Source of the DNA: Bacteroidota bacterium
GTDB lineage: Bacteria > Bacteroidota > Ignavibacteria > UBA10030 > CAVZMI01
DNA: 64,000 nt
Assembly (NCBI GenBank): GCA_050011775.1
Contig: JBEKIL010000012.1
Span: forward strand, 9,941 to 73,940
Direction of reading: 5' to 3'
A program made the position numbers and the translations under genes. Below the pieces are notes generated by a model, which did not search any database, had not been told where the DNA came from, and saw only the letters and a program-made list of their open reading frames with translations. Position 1 is the first letter of the stretch. Each line of letters begins with the position of its first letter. Shown here in pieces: positions 1-10,949 of this stretch.

Positions 1-1
1 T

Positions 2-931
2 TCCCTGGGTATGAAGCAGCTCCAGCCGCATCCGTGGGAGAAGATCCACGAGAAATATCAGGTCAACCTGAAAGTCACCGGCAAGGTGGTTTCTCTGGCT
101 GATTACGGTGCATTCATCGAGATCGAAAAGGGAATAGAGGGACTCATTCATATTTCGGAGATGAGCTGGACACAGCACATCAAGCATCCCTCACAGATGG
201 TTTCCATGGGGCAAATGATCGATGCGGTTATTTTAAGTATCGACAAGGAAGCAAAGAAAATATCGCTCGGCATGAAGCAGCTCGAGCCGGATCCCTGGTT
301 AACCCTTCTCTCCAAATACCCGGTTGGTTCAAGACATATCGGTGTTGTGCGGAATTTGACAACTTTCGGGGTGTTTGTTGAACTTGAAGAGGGCGTCGAC
401 GGACTTGTTCATATTTCGGATCTTTCATGGACGAAGAAAATACGACATCCCGGTGAAGTGGTGAAAAAAGGAGACAAGATCGACGTAGTCATTCTCGGTA
501 TCGATGTCGACCAGCGTCGTATTTCGCTTGGTCATAAGCAGGTCTCCGATAATCCATGGGATAGTTTTGCCGAGACGTACCGGATTGGCACCGATGTGGA
601 AGGAAAGATCGTCAGAATCATTGAAAAGGGTCTCATTGTTGAGATGCCGCTCGGTGTCGACGGGTTTGTACCGGTATCGCAGCTTTCACAAACGCCGATG
701 AAGAATATTGCCGACTCGTTCAATGTCGGTGATTCTCTTCCTCTCCGGGTGATCGAATTCGATAAAGAGAGCAAAAAAATAGTTCTTTCCGTTCTTGAAT
801 ATATGCGCGGGAAAGATCAAAACACACTCAATGAATATGTGGAAAAGCACAAGCTGACTCCTATGACGTTGAAAGATGTTGCTGTTGGTGCCGAGAAAAT
901 CGATATAAGTGAAATTCCAAGCACCAACTAG
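2..931 (+). CDS. rpsA: 30S ribosomal protein S1, C-terminal part (gene runs off the 5' window edge); repeated S1 RNA-binding domains
   Basis: ORF 11..931 translation shows three or more S1-domain repeats (GxxVxGxVxxIxxFGAFVxL motifs); the reading frame is open back to the window start. Confidence 0.8.
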   Translation, partial: SLGMKQLQPHPWEKIHEKYQVNLKVTGKVVSLADYGAFIEIEKGIEGLIHISEMSWTQHIKHPSQMVSMGQMIDAVILSIDKEAKKISLGMKQLEPDPWLTLLSKYPVGSRHIGVVRNLTTFGVFVELEEGVDGLVHISDLSWTKKIRHPGEVVKKGDKIDVVILGIDVDQRRISLGHKQVSDNPWDSFAETYRIGTDVEGKIVRIIEKGLIVEMPLGVDGFVPVSQLSQTPMKNIADSFNVGDSLPLRVIEFDKESKKIVLSVLEYMRGKDQNTLNEYVEKHKLTPMTLKDVAVGAEKIDISEIPSTN

Positions 932-1138
932 TGTCTCGATTCAAAAATAACTTGAATAAGTCGGAGCGCCATATAATGCTATTCCATCCGATTTCCGTCA
1001 GTTATAATCTTATGAGTTCTTCAAGTTATTTTTGGTACTCGACTCTAGTGCCACTCCAACGTACATAATGATATCGTATTATTTTGGAATGATAGTCGGA
1101 GCGGTACTGGAAAAAGAACGAAGCCAATTGTATTGATG

Positions 1139-1180
1139 AAGGAGTTGGTTCTCAATCAGAGAGGGTCAACTCCTTTTTGT
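1139..1180 (+). terminator. putative intrinsic terminator (9-bp stem AAGGAGTTG/CAACTCCTT followed by TTTTT)
   Basis: inverted repeat and T-run read directly from the sequence, about 200 bp downstream of the rpsA stop. Confidence 0.45.
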
Positions 1181-1208
1181 TCTGTGAAAAAAGACTGGGA
1201 TTCCAGAG

Positions 1209-2516
1209 GTGAAGAAACGAGTCGCACTGCATACACTGGGATGTAAACTCAATTATGCAGAGACATCAATGCTTGCTGAACAGTTTGTCGGGCGGGGATT
1301 TGATCTGGTCGATTCACATCGTCCCGCCGATGTTTATGTATTGAACAGCTGTTCTGTCACCGAACGGGCGAATCGCGAATGCCGTCAGATTATCCGCCGC
1401 ATGCACAGGCAGTCTCCTGATGCGACTATCGTCGTGGTCGGATGCTATGCACAGCTGGAACCGCAGTACATCGCATCGATCGAAGGAGTCGATCTAATAC
1501 TCGGGACGAAAGAAAAGTTTTCGGCTGTTGATTTTCTCGGCGAAGTTAAGAAACCCTCGATGCCCCGGATTCACGTTGGCTGTATAGATGATGCAAATGA
1601 ATTTGGACCTGCGTATTCAACGTCTCGTGGAGACCGTACACGCGCTTTTCTGAAAATACAGGATGGGTGTGACTATATATGCAGCTATTGTACAATCCCG
1701 ATGGCCCGGGGTGAAAGCAGAAGCCAGGATATCCCGACGACTGTTTTACAGGCGGAGAAACTGGTGCAGCAAGGATTTCGTGAAATTGTGCTGACGGGTG
1801 TGAATGTCGGAGATTACGGACGGCCGGTACAGACATCGCTGTTATCTCTTCTCGAAAAACTTGAAACGGTGAAGGGACTCGAACGGATTAGGATCAGCTC
1901 AATCGAACCGAACTTGTTTGATGATAATCTCCTGCAGTATATCAAACAATCGTCCAAGATCTGCCATCATTTTCATATTCCCCTGCAGAGCGGTCATGAT
2001 AAAATCCTGAAAGCAATGCGACGGAGATATCTTACAGATGATTTTGTGAGACTTATAGGTTCGATTCACACACTTTTTCCGGATGCGGGTATAGGCGTTG
2101 ATGTGATAGTCGGCTTTCCCGGAGAATCCGATGAACATTTTGAAGCTACTCATTCATTGCTGGCCGGACTTCCGGTGTCGTATCTTCATGTGTTCAGTTA
2201 TTCGGAACGTCCGAATACCGGTGCAGCAGCATTGATGGGTAAAGTCAGCCCGGCAGTATGTACGCGGCGGAGCAACTCACTCCGCACTCTCTCGATGAAG
2301 AAAAAACAAGAATTTTATACTGCACGTATCGGTCAGTGCGTTCGGGTGCTTGTTGAAGAAACAGCACACGACGGAGTAATGGAGGGGTTTACAGATAATT
2401 ATATAAAAGTCCGTATTCCTGCAAATCCTTTGTATGGGAATCATATACTACCGGTGCGGTTATTATCGTATGATCATACAAAGGGGATATGTTTGGGTGA
2501 AGTTGATGTACTGTAA
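1209..2516 (+). CDS. MiaB-family radical-SAM tRNA methylthiotransferase (MtaB/RimO-like)
   Basis: N-terminal MTTase domain with spaced Cys residues, CxxxCxxC radical-SAM motif (CDYICSYCTIP), C-terminal TRAM-like region. Confidence 0.8.
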   Translation: MKKRVALHTLGCKLNYAETSMLAEQFVGRGFDLVDSHRPADVYVLNSCSVTERANRECRQIIRRMHRQSPDATIVVVGCYAQLEPQYIASIEGVDLILGTKEKFSAVDFLGEVKKPSMPRIHVGCIDDANEFGPAYSTSRGDRTRAFLKIQDGCDYICSYCTIPMARGESRSQDIPTTVLQAEKLVQQGFREIVLTGVNVGDYGRPVQTSLLSLLEKLETVKGLERIRISSIEPNLFDDNLLQYIKQSSKICHHFHIPLQSGHDKILKAMRRRYLTDDFVRLIGSIHTLFPDAGIGVDVIVGFPGESDEHFEATHSLLAGLPVSYLHVFSYSERPNTGAAALMGKVSPAVCTRRSNSLRTLSMKKKQEFYTARIGQCVRVLVEETAHDGVMEGFTDNYIKVRIPANPLYGNHILPVRLLSYDHTKGICLGEVDVL

Positions 2517-2587
2517 CGAAGGGAATCTTCCGGGCGTCTTCTGAAAGGACCGACATATATCAAAAATCATTTAAAAACGAAGGCATA

Positions 2588-3355
2588 ATGAATAAATTGT
2601 TTTTTTTGGCATTTATAGGATCGATCATCTTTGCGGAAGGTATCTGTGCGCAGTCAGCAAATCGACAGGATATTCACCAGCAACTACTGGGGATGTCGAT
2701 GCAAGAAAAATTGCATGACTCAGGTTACAACCCGGCATTCACAGAAATCGATGGGAGTCAAAGAAAATCGGTGTTTCTTGCTGTACTCTATTCGATGATT
2801 ATTCCGGGGGCAGGTGAGTACTATGCCGAGAAATATTCTAGGGGGAAATATTTTACAATTGCAGAAGCGGGATTATGGCTTACGTATGCAGGTTGTCAGA
2901 TTTACGGAAGACACGTCCAGAACGATGCCCGCCTCTATGCCGCACTGAATGCCGGTGTTCAGAGTGAAGGGAAGGATGATGACTACTTTGTTAATATTGG
3001 AAATTTCGATAATATTTATCAGTATAATGAGAAGAAATTGCAGGACAGAAGACTTGACCTTCTCTATGATCCTTCGGCGGGGTACGCCTGGGAGTGGAAA
3101 AGCGCCGTCGAACGGCAGCGCTATCGCGATCTTCGAATATCATCGGGAAATATTCTCTATAATTCACGATTTATTGTCGCGGCAGTCATCGCAAATCATA
3201 TTGTTAGTGCAATCAGCGCCGGGAAAGCAGCCTCTGACTATAACAAGGCACTTGAAGGGACATCAGGGAACTGGCACTGGCGCCTGTGTCCTCAGATTGT
3301 GATGACCTCGGGTATCCCTGACGGCTTTTCTGTGGGAATCGAAACCCACTTTTAG
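2588..3355 (+). CDS. hypothetical secreted protein (signal peptide; DUF5683-like PGAGEYY motif)
   Basis: 255-aa ORF with an N-terminal hydrophobic signal sequence; no catalytic motifs recognised. Confidence 0.45.
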   Translation: MNKLFFLAFIGSIIFAEGICAQSANRQDIHQQLLGMSMQEKLHDSGYNPAFTEIDGSQRKSVFLAVLYSMIIPGAGEYYAEKYSRGKYFTIAEAGLWLTYAGCQIYGRHVQNDARLYAALNAGVQSEGKDDDYFVNIGNFDNIYQYNEKKLQDRRLDLLYDPSAGYAWEWKSAVERQRYRDLRISSGNILYNSRFIVAAVIANHIVSAISAGKAASDYNKALEGTSGNWHWRLCPQIVMTSGIPDGFSVGIETHF

Positions 3356-3415
3356 GAATGGCAGCGTCTCAAGGGCCCCGATTCCTTCGGGGCTTTTTCT
3401 TCTACGGCTATTACA

Positions 3416-4144
3416 TTGAAAACTCTAAAACTGACTATTGAATACGACGGAACGGATTTCGTCGGCTGGCAAATCCAGGAGAACGGACGAAGCGTCCAGG
3501 CTGAAATTGAGCATGCGCTCGATCAAATTCTCCAGGAACGGCATTCGGTTGTCGGGTCAGGGAGAACTGACGCCGGTGTTCATGCCCGCGGTCAGGTCGC
3601 GCACTGTCGTGTGACGGCGTCAGTCGACGTAGACAGTCTCTGTCATTCCCTCAATAGCGTGTTGCCTGACGATGTGGCGATTGTTACTATCGAAGAAGTT
3701 CCTGAAACCTTTAATGCGCGGTATTCGGTAGTCGACCGACGATATAAATATTTTATCTCTACACAGCGAAGTCCACTTCAACGTCGATACGAATGGTGGA
3801 TTAAATATAAATTGGATATCGACCGAATGAACCGATGTGCAGAAGTCATTCAAGGTGAGCACGATTTTGCCTCTTTCTGCAAGACGAAGTCCGAAGTCAA
3901 TAATCACACTTGTACCGTGTATTATGCCGTATGGATCGCCGAGGAGCATCGCTTTATCTTCGATATTACTGCTGACCGATTTCTCCATGGTATGGTAAGA
4001 ACGTTGGTGGGTACCATGGTAGACGTCGGACGTGGATTCATCTCCGTCGAAGACTTTCTTTATATCCTTGATGAGCACGATCGACGGGCTGCACGTATGG
4101 CAGCACCACCCGAGGGGTTATTTCTCTGGGAAGTAAGGTATTGA
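3416..4144 (+). CDS. truA: tRNA pseudouridine(38-40) synthase TruA (TTG start)
   Basis: conserved GSGRTDAGVHA catalytic-Asp motif; size 242 aa. Confidence 0.85.
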   Translation: MKTLKLTIEYDGTDFVGWQIQENGRSVQAEIEHALDQILQERHSVVGSGRTDAGVHARGQVAHCRVTASVDVDSLCHSLNSVLPDDVAIVTIEEVPETFNARYSVVDRRYKYFISTQRSPLQRRYEWWIKYKLDIDRMNRCAEVIQGEHDFASFCKTKSEVNNHTCTVYYAVWIAEEHRFIFDITADRFLHGMVRTLVGTMVDVGRGFISVEDFLYILDEHDRRAARMAAPPEGLFLWEVRY

Positions 4145-4211
4145 CACACTCGTTGATTCTCTCTCCGGATTAATGTACATTTCAATAAAACGTACCAACA
4201 GGGAATAAAAG

Positions 4212-5222
4212 ATGATCTCACAAGCAATGACTCTTCTTGCTCAGGGGAAAAATCTGCAGCAGGAAATCGCTTATCGTGCGATGATTCAGATCCTTTCCGG
4301 TGAAGCAACACCTGTGCAGATCGCCAGTTTTCTCACGGCTCTGCGAGTGAAGGGGGAAAGTGTGGAGGAGATCACAGCCTGTGCAAAGGTAATGCGCGAA
4401 AAAGTTACGCGTATCCAGTCGAAACATCCCGTTATTCTTGACACATGTGGGACAGGTGGAGATGGCGGCAATACATTTAATATTTCCACCGCGGCGGCAA
4501 TTGTTGCCGCAGGAGCCGGGGCAGTCGTAGCAAAACACGGGAACAGGGCAATCTCAAGTAAGTGCGGAAGCTCCGATGTCCTGAAAGCCCTTGGAGTTAA
4601 TGTCGATCAAACCACTCCCGAAAAAATGCAACGCTGCCTGGATGAGATCGGCATTGCGTTTCTATTTGCACCCCTCCTGCACGGTGCAATGAAATATGCG
4701 GCTCCCATCAGACGCGAACTGGGGTTCCGGACGATATTTAATATCCTCGGACCGCTCACAAATCCGGCCGGAGCGACACGACAGCTTATCGGTGTGTACG
4801 AAGCATCATTAATACGACCGATTGCGGATGTTTTACTCAATCTCGGGGTCGAACATGCATTGGTTGTTCACGGCGCAGGCGGTTTTGATGAAATATCGAC
4901 GCTCGGAGCCACGAAAGTCAATGAAATCAAGGATGGAAAAATACTCAGTTATGAAATCAATCCGGAGGAATTCGGTTTCGAAGTTCCAAGGCTTCACGAT
5001 CTCCTTGGCGGTGATGCCGAGCAGAATGCGCATATTCTTCTTAAGATTTTTCAAGGAGAACGGGGACCCTGTCGGGATATCACCGTCCTGAACTCCGGTG
5101 CCGCATTGATGGTCACGGGACTGGCATCAACCATAAAAGAGGGTATTCAACGTGCGCAATCGGCAATTGATGATGGAAGCGCATTGAAGAAACTTGATCA
5201 ACTCCGTGAACATGCAAAATAA
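4212..5222 (+). CDS. trpD: anthranilate phosphoribosyltransferase
   Basis: GTGGDG motif, NISTAAAIV, and KHGNRA(I/V)SS motif typical of TrpD. Confidence 0.9.
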   Translation: MISQAMTLLAQGKNLQQEIAYRAMIQILSGEATPVQIASFLTALRVKGESVEEITACAKVMREKVTRIQSKHPVILDTCGTGGDGGNTFNISTAAAIVAAGAGAVVAKHGNRAISSKCGSSDVLKALGVNVDQTTPEKMQRCLDEIGIAFLFAPLLHGAMKYAAPIRRELGFRTIFNILGPLTNPAGATRQLIGVYEASLIRPIADVLLNLGVEHALVVHGAGGFDEISTLGATKVNEIKDGKILSYEINPEEFGFEVPRLHDLLGGDAEQNAHILLKIFQGERGPCRDITVLNSGAALMVTGLASTIKEGIQRAQSAIDDGSALKKLDQLREHAK

Positions 5223-5350
5223 ATGTATCGTGGAAGGTCTATATCAAAGTGCGTATATTTAATCGATGGGATAAAGCGAGCGGAGTGCAATGAAGAGGGT
5301 ATCAGCAGGAAGGGGAAAATTGGACAAAACATTGTTGGTTAACTTACACT

Positions 5351-6697
5351 ATGAATGACGTCTGGCTTGATATTCTCTTAATATTTTTCCTTATCATGCT
5401 CAACGGATTCTTTGCCGGCAGTGAAATCGCCGTCGTTGCGACACGAAAAAGCAGAATAAAAGAATTGATTGAGAAGGGAATTCACCAGGCAAAGAGGGTG
5501 GAGAAGCTTCAATCATCTCCCGATACGTTTATTGCGACGACGCAAATTGGAATGACGGTTGTGGGATCTCTTGCCTCGGCGCTGGCCGGCGTCACGGCGG
5601 TTGAATACCTGAAACCCCTGATTGCTACAATTCCCATGTTCGCCGGTTCGGCCGAAACAATCTCACTGGTCATCGTTGTTCTGGTTTTATCGTTCTTGAT
5701 GCTAGTATTTGGTGAACTCGTACCAAAGTCAATCGGACTCCGATACTCGGACCGTGTTGCACTAATCATAGCACCGCCGATCGTATTGTTGTCCAAATTA
5801 TTTCATTTCCTCATAAGGTCGCTGACATTTACAAGCAATCTTATTCTGAAACCTCTTCACGATAAGACAAGCTTTTCGGAATCGAGAATCTCCGAAGAGG
5901 AATTCAAACTTATCCTCGATGAAGGAAGAAGAACAGGAATTTTTGATAAAACAGAACACGAACTTATTTCCAGCATATTTGAGTTTACGGATACAATTGC
6001 AAAAGAGGTCATGGTTCCGCGTCCAGACGTTGTAGCAGTTGATGTAGATACCAAGCGAGAAGATCTAATTCATATCGTGACGGAGCAGGGATATTCAAGA
6101 TTACCGGTTTACAGGAATTCTCTTGACAATATTATCGGTGTGATTTATACGAAAGATCTATTGACACTTCTCGAACACAGAGATCTGATCATATTGCACG
6201 ATATAATTCGGCCGGTTCTGTTCGTTCCATCGACGAAAAAAATCAGCCATCTTCTTCGCGAGCTGCAGTCGAAGAAGCTCCACATGGCCATCGTAGTCGA
6301 TGAGTTTGGGACAATCGACGGTATTATTACGATGGAGGATATTCTTGAGGAAATCGTCGGAGAAATTCATGATGAATACGATGAAGAAGTGAAAGAAATC
6401 GAGGCTTCGGCCGACGGCTCTGTCGTGGTCGACGCACGAATAAGTATTGACGATTTCAATAAACGATTCGGTATCGAGATACCCGAGGATGCGGAATATG
6501 AATCGATCAGCGGATTCCTGCTGAAAATATCCGGTAAGATTCCGGAAGTGAACGATGAAGTGCGATATGGTGGAATTTCGTTCATCATCACAAAGAAAAG
6601 TCAACGGCGAATATGGCAAATCAAGGTAAAGGGAATTGCAGAATATCAGGCCAGGAAAAAAGCTGAAACGGCTTCCCCGGAAGTACAACCCTCATGA
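5351..6697 (+). CDS. CNNM/HlyC-CorC family membrane protein (DUF21 TM domain, CBS pair, CorC_HlyC domain)
   Basis: N-terminal 4-TM DUF21-like region, tandem CBS-like region, C-terminal transporter-associated domain; 448 aa. Confidence 0.8.
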   Translation: MNDVWLDILLIFFLIMLNGFFAGSEIAVVATRKSRIKELIEKGIHQAKRVEKLQSSPDTFIATTQIGMTVVGSLASALAGVTAVEYLKPLIATIPMFAGSAETISLVIVVLVLSFLMLVFGELVPKSIGLRYSDRVALIIAPPIVLLSKLFHFLIRSLTFTSNLILKPLHDKTSFSESRISEEEFKLILDEGRRTGIFDKTEHELISSIFEFTDTIAKEVMVPRPDVVAVDVDTKREDLIHIVTEQGYSRLPVYRNSLDNIIGVIYTKDLLTLLEHRDLIILHDIIRPVLFVPSTKKISHLLRELQSKKLHMAIVVDEFGTIDGIITMEDILEEIVGEIHDEYDEEVKEIEASADGSVVVDARISIDDFNKRFGIEIPEDAEYESISGFLLKISGKIPEVNDEVRYGGISFIITKKSQRRIWQIKVKGIAEYQARKKAETASPEVQPS

Positions 6698-6749
6698 TCG
6701 TTTCGAGTGCAGAGTTCACATCGGCGATGAATAGTGCGTACGAGAATGA

Positions 6750-7529
6750 ATGACAACATTTTTAGAAAATATCGTAGCAAATAAAAAAGTCGAGATCGAG
6801 CATAGTAAAGCACAAATTTCTCTAGAGCAGATCAGGCTTAGAGCGGAAAAGAGCGAGCGGCCGCGAGATTTCCGTGGGGCTTTGCTTAAAAATGATATTG
6901 CCTGCATTGCAGAAATTAAAAAAGCGTCCCCGTCGCGCGGCGTTCTGATAAATGATTTTCATCCTCAAACAATCGCCTTTGACTATACAACCGGAGGGGC
7001 ATCGGCAATATCGGTCCTGACCGAACGACAATATTTCCAGGGATATTCGGAAGCTATCCGAGAAGTAAAAAATGCGAGTATACTTCCGGTTCTCAGAAAA
7101 GATTTTGTCATAGATGAATACCAGATCTTTGAATCGCGTGCTCTTGGGGCAGATGCAATACTGCTGATTGTCAATATCCTTGATTCAGCGTCGATTGGAC
7201 AATTCCTTCGACAGGCCAATGATCTTGAGATGCAATGTCTTGTCGAGGTTCACACGAAAAATGAAATCAGTAGGGCTGTCGATGCAGGTGCAGAGATCAT
7301 CGGAATTAACAATCGCGATCTTCACTCATTTAATGTGAATCTCGATACCTCTTTCCGGTTGCGTGAAAGTGTGCCGGACGGACGGATATGCGTAAGTGAG
7401 AGTGGGATTCAAAACCATGAACAGGTGCTTCAGTTATTTCAAGCAGGATTTCAGGCGATTCTCGTCGGTGAACAACTGATGACTGCATCTGACCGGACCG
7501 CGGCATTGCGTTCTTTACTTCGAGGTTGA
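6750..7529 (+). CDS. trpC: indole-3-glycerol phosphate synthase
   Basis: IAEIKKASPS(R/K)G and NNRDL motifs; 259 aa. Confidence 0.9.
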   Translation: MTTFLENIVANKKVEIEHSKAQISLEQIRLRAEKSERPRDFRGALLKNDIACIAEIKKASPSRGVLINDFHPQTIAFDYTTGGASAISVLTERQYFQGYSEAIREVKNASILPVLRKDFVIDEYQIFESRALGADAILLIVNILDSASIGQFLRQANDLEMQCLVEVHTKNEISRAVDAGAEIIGINNRDLHSFNVNLDTSFRLRESVPDGRICVSESGIQNHEQVLQLFQAGFQAILVGEQLMTASDRTAALRSLLRG

Positions 7530-7530
7530 A

Positions 7531-8178
7531 GTGGAATCGATCTATGTAAAAATATGTGGAATTACGAATCTTGACGATGCACTCGATGCCATAAAATACG
7601 GCGCGGATGCCGTAGGATTCATCTTCCATAAAGAGAGCCCTCGATATATATCGCCGGAAGATGCGTCATTGATAGTGCAGAAACTTCCAAAACATATCAC
7701 AAAAATTGGAGTTTTTGTTGATTCTTCACGAAGAGAGATAGAGGCGGTTCTCAGAACTTCAAGTCTGAGTGCAATTCAATTGCATGGAGATCAACATCCT
7801 GAGGATTGCACGGGATATGATGTGGCAGTCATTAAAGCGTTTCATGTAGGCGAAAACTTTGATTTAACCCAGTTAGGATTGTTCGAAGTTCAGGCAATTC
7901 TTCTTGACACACTGCGACCCGGAAAACCTGGGGGTACCGGAGAGACATTCGATTGGAATGTTGCTGTCCAGGCAAAACAGTATGGGAAATTACTGCTCTC
8001 AGGTGGACTAACGGCGAAGAATATCGAAGATGCAATAAGGTTCGTCAGGCCTTACGGAGTCGATGTAAGCTCGGGTGTCGAGAAATCGCCAGGGAAAAAA
8101 GACCCGGTAAAAGTCCGAGAATTCATTATCAAAGCAAAAACAACGACCTTTTATGATGAATCAGATCAAGATTTCTGA
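7531..8178 (+). CDS. trpF: phosphoribosylanthranilate isomerase
   Basis: KICGIT...[10 protein letters not shown]-terminus and LSGGL C-terminal motif. Confidence 0.85.
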   Translation: MESIYVKICGITNLDDALDAIKYGADAVGFIFHKESPRYISPEDASLIVQKLPKHITKIGVFVDSSRREIEAVLRTSSLSAIQLHGDQHPEDCTGYDVAVIKAFHVGENFDLTQLGLFEVQAILLDTLRPGKPGGTGETFDWNVAVQAKQYGKLLLSGGLTAKNIEDAIRFVRPYGVDVSSGVEKSPGKKDPVKVREFIIKAKTTTFYDESDQDF

Positions 8179-9367
8179 TTATGCGCTTCCGGATGAGACC
8201 GGACATTTCGGTGTTTTCGGAGGTAAGTTCATTCCAGAGACGTTAATACCTGCCTCGGAAGAACTTCAAGAATGGTATGGCAAACTCAAGAATGATAAGG
8301 AGTTCCTTCAGGAACTTCAATTCTTACTGAGGCATTATGCGGGAAGGCCGACACCGCTATATAAAGCATCTCGTCTGACCGAGTATGCCGGTGGGGCCAC
8401 AATATACCTGAAAAGGGAAGATCTCTGTCATACCGGTGCTCATAAAATTAATAACACTGTAGGGCAGGTCCTCATAGCACGGCGGATGGGGAAAAAGCGT
8501 ATTATAGCGGAAACAGGAGCGGGGCAGCATGGGGTTGCTACTGCAACTGTGTGCGCTCTTTTTGGTCTCCAGTGTATCGTGTATATGGGAGAAGAAGACA
8601 TCGAGCGCCAGGCTCCCAATGTATACCGTATGAAGATTCTTGGCGCCGAGGTCCGTCCCGTAAGTTCCGGAAGCCGGACACTAAAAGATGCAACTAGCGA
8701 AGCGATAAGAGACTGGGTAACGAATGTCAAGGATACTTTTTACATCATCGGTTCGGTCGTTGGTATGCATCCGTATCCCATGATGGTACGAGATTTTCAG
8801 TCGGTTATAGGAAAAGAAGTACTAGATCAATTCAAAGAGTATGAAAATCGACTACCGGATATTTTAATTGCCTGTGTTGGCGGCGGAAGTAATGCGATGG
8901 GGATGTTCTATCCATTTCTTCAGCATGTACCTGCAGTAAGAATGATTGGAGTCGAAGCAGCGGGTGAAGGATTGACTTCCGGAAGACATGCGGCATCGCT
9001 TGTACTTGGTAAAAAAGGTGTCCTGCACGGTGCAATGCAATATCTCTTACAGGATAAAGACGGTCAGATTCAAATAGCACATTCAATTTCAGCCGGTCTC
9101 GATTACCCGGGGGTCGGTCCCGAGCACTGTTACTTCAAGGATGCCGGCATCGCAGAATATGTGGCAATCACCGATAGTGAAGCGCTTGAAGCTTTTCATA
9201 TACTGTCAAGGATGGAAGGGATCATCCCGGCTCTGGAATCGGCACATGCTGTTTCATATGCACTACAGCTCGCAAAAACCCTTCCACGGCAGACGTCGAT
9301 TATCGTAAATCTCTCTGGCCGGGGTGATAAGGATCTCAACACTGTAATGAAATACTCAGCTCGATGA
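8153..9367 (+). CDS. trpB: tryptophan synthase beta subunit
   Basis: [19 protein letters not shown] (PLP Lys) and GGGSNAMG motifs. Confidence 0.95.
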   Translation: MMNQIKISDYALPDETGHFGVFGGKFIPETLIPASEELQEWYGKLKNDKEFLQELQFLLRHYAGRPTPLYKASRLTEYAGGATIYLKREDLCHTGAHKINNTVGQVLIARRMGKKRIIAETGAGQHGVATATVCALFGLQCIVYMGEEDIERQAPNVYRMKILGAEVRPVSSGSRTLKDATSEAIRDWVTNVKDTFYIIGSVVGMHPYPMMVRDFQSVIGKEVLDQFKEYENRLPDILIACVGGGSNAMGMFYPFLQHVPAVRMIGVEAAGEGLTSGRHAASLVLGKKGVLHGAMQYLLQDKDGQIQIAHSISAGLDYPGVGPEHCYFKDAGIAEYVAITDSEALEAFHILSRMEGIIPALESAHAVSYALQLAKTLPRQTSIIVNLSGRGDKDLNTVMKYSAR

Positions 9368-10941
9368 ATCGCGTGGGAATTTCTGAAGAAAAACAACAGT
9401 CTGATGGTTATTCAAGATTCTTCGCTGCAGGAAGCGTGATATTTTTTGTTGCTCTCGGGCAGGTTGTGAATATCATTCAGGAGATGCTCATCGCTGCGTA
9501 TTTTGGTACTACATGGATAACCGATGCCTACAAAATGTCGATGGCAGTTCCGACGCTCTTCTCGACCGAATCAATCGGAATCATCAACGCAGTTGTGATC
9601 CCTATCCTTTACACCGGGAAGACATTCGAGGAACAGAGAAGGATTTTTTCAGCACTCCTTGTATTCTTCATCGTTGTAAGCATTACCCTCTGGCTTGTGA
9701 TTCTTCTCTGTGCATCGCCGTTAATTGCTCTTATTGCTCATGGTTTTTCGTCTGAGGGGCAGTTACTCGCTGTTTCACTTCTGACGGTGACGTCGTCACT
9801 CGTCGTTCTCACGATTCTTTCGACATTTGCTGGAAACATACTGAACAGCCGTAATGAATTTGGATTGCCGGCGCTTCAGAAAGTATTCATGTTTGCAATG
9901 ATAATTCCGGCATTGTATTTTGGAGTATCAAGATTCGGAATAGCGGCAGCCGCATGGGGAGCAGTGATCGGAATGATCGTCTTCACGATGATCGTTTTCT
10001 GGCGGCTTAGCCGGCATCATTTCACACTGGTGAAAGGAAATTTTTGGAAAGATCCGGCAATCGTGCAATGTATTGTACTCGCCACCCCCTTGATTATCTA
10101 TTCTCTTTTCAACCAGGTGAATGTCCTTTTTGAAAAAAAGATTGCGGCCGATTTTCCCGCCGGGACACTTTCGGCTCTTGATTATGCGTTAAAGAGCTCG
10201 GTTTTTTTCATCAATTTTCTCGGTGTGGGGATAACGACCGTAATCTTTCCGACACTATCGGAAAAAAATGTCGAGGGTGATACTCAATCGTTAAGGAATT
10301 ATGCAGAACGCTTACTCTCGTTCATCATTCTCCTGGTTACTCCATTTATTCTTTTTCTACTCATTTTCCGCACCGAATTTATTCAGGTTCTATTCGAGAG
10401 AGGTGCATTCACTCCGGACGCAACCGCCGCGACATCGACAATGCTTGGTTACTATGCTCTTGGTCTTCTCGGCCATGCTGTGGTGATGACTTTTCCACGC
10501 TTTTTCCAGGCAACCCGGAATAATACCATCATTATGCGTGTCGGTATTGCAATGGTCGGAGTGAATATTGTAGGGTTGATAGTATTTCCATATCTCTTCG
10601 GTCCGGTTGGAATACCTATATCGTTCATTGTCACCTATATGTTGCATGCATGTATACTTCTTTTTCGGCTTCACGGCATAATTAAATTACGATGGAATGC
10701 CGTGGGCCTACAGGCATTGCGAATTGTTTTTCCGTGCATCCTATTTGCAGTATTCCTTCTTGGAGTTCATTCGATTGCACCATTTTGTTCGATAACATTA
10801 TGGGGCGCCCGCTTTGGAATTCTCGCCGGAACGTGTCTGTTATCAGGAATTTTGTACCTTGTTCTTGCAGCAATGATGAAAGTTATTGTTGCAGAAGAAA
10901 TTATCCGGCGCGGCATTGCAGCAATACGACGATTAATATGA
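9364..10941 (+). CDS. murJ: lipid II flippase MurJ/MviN family (or related MOP-superfamily polysaccharide exporter)
   Basis: 525-aa polytopic membrane protein with the MurJ-like N-terminus ([17 protein letters not shown]). Confidence 0.7.
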   Translation: MNRVGISEEKQQSDGYSRFFAAGSVIFFVALGQVVNIIQEMLIAAYFGTTWITDAYKMSMAVPTLFSTESIGIINAVVIPILYTGKTFEEQRRIFSALLVFFIVVSITLWLVILLCASPLIALIAHGFSSEGQLLAVSLLTVTSSLVVLTILSTFAGNILNSRNEFGLPALQKVFMFAMIIPALYFGVSRFGIAAAAWGAVIGMIVFTMIVFWRLSRHHFTLVKGNFWKDPAIVQCIVLATPLIIYSLFNQVNVLFEKKIAADFPAGTLSALDYALKSSVFFINFLGVGITTVIFPTLSEKNVEGDTQSLRNYAERLLSFIILLVTPFILFLLIFRTEFIQVLFERGAFTPDATAATSTMLGYYALGLLGHAVVMTFPRFFQATRNNTIIMRVGIAMVGVNIVGLIVFPYLFGPVGIPISFIVTYMLHACILLFRLHGIIKLRWNAVGLQALRIVFPCILFAVFLLGVHSIAPFCSITLWGARFGILAGTCLLSGILYLVLAAMMKVIVAEEIIRRGIAAIRRLI

Positions 10942-10949
10942 GATAACCG

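Noticed and set aside
2949-3302. 117-aa + ORF nested in another frame of the 2588..3355 gene, and 9513..9755 / 10692..10946 nested in murJ
   Set aside because: Out-of-frame overlaps with longer, better-supported ORFs; no motifs.
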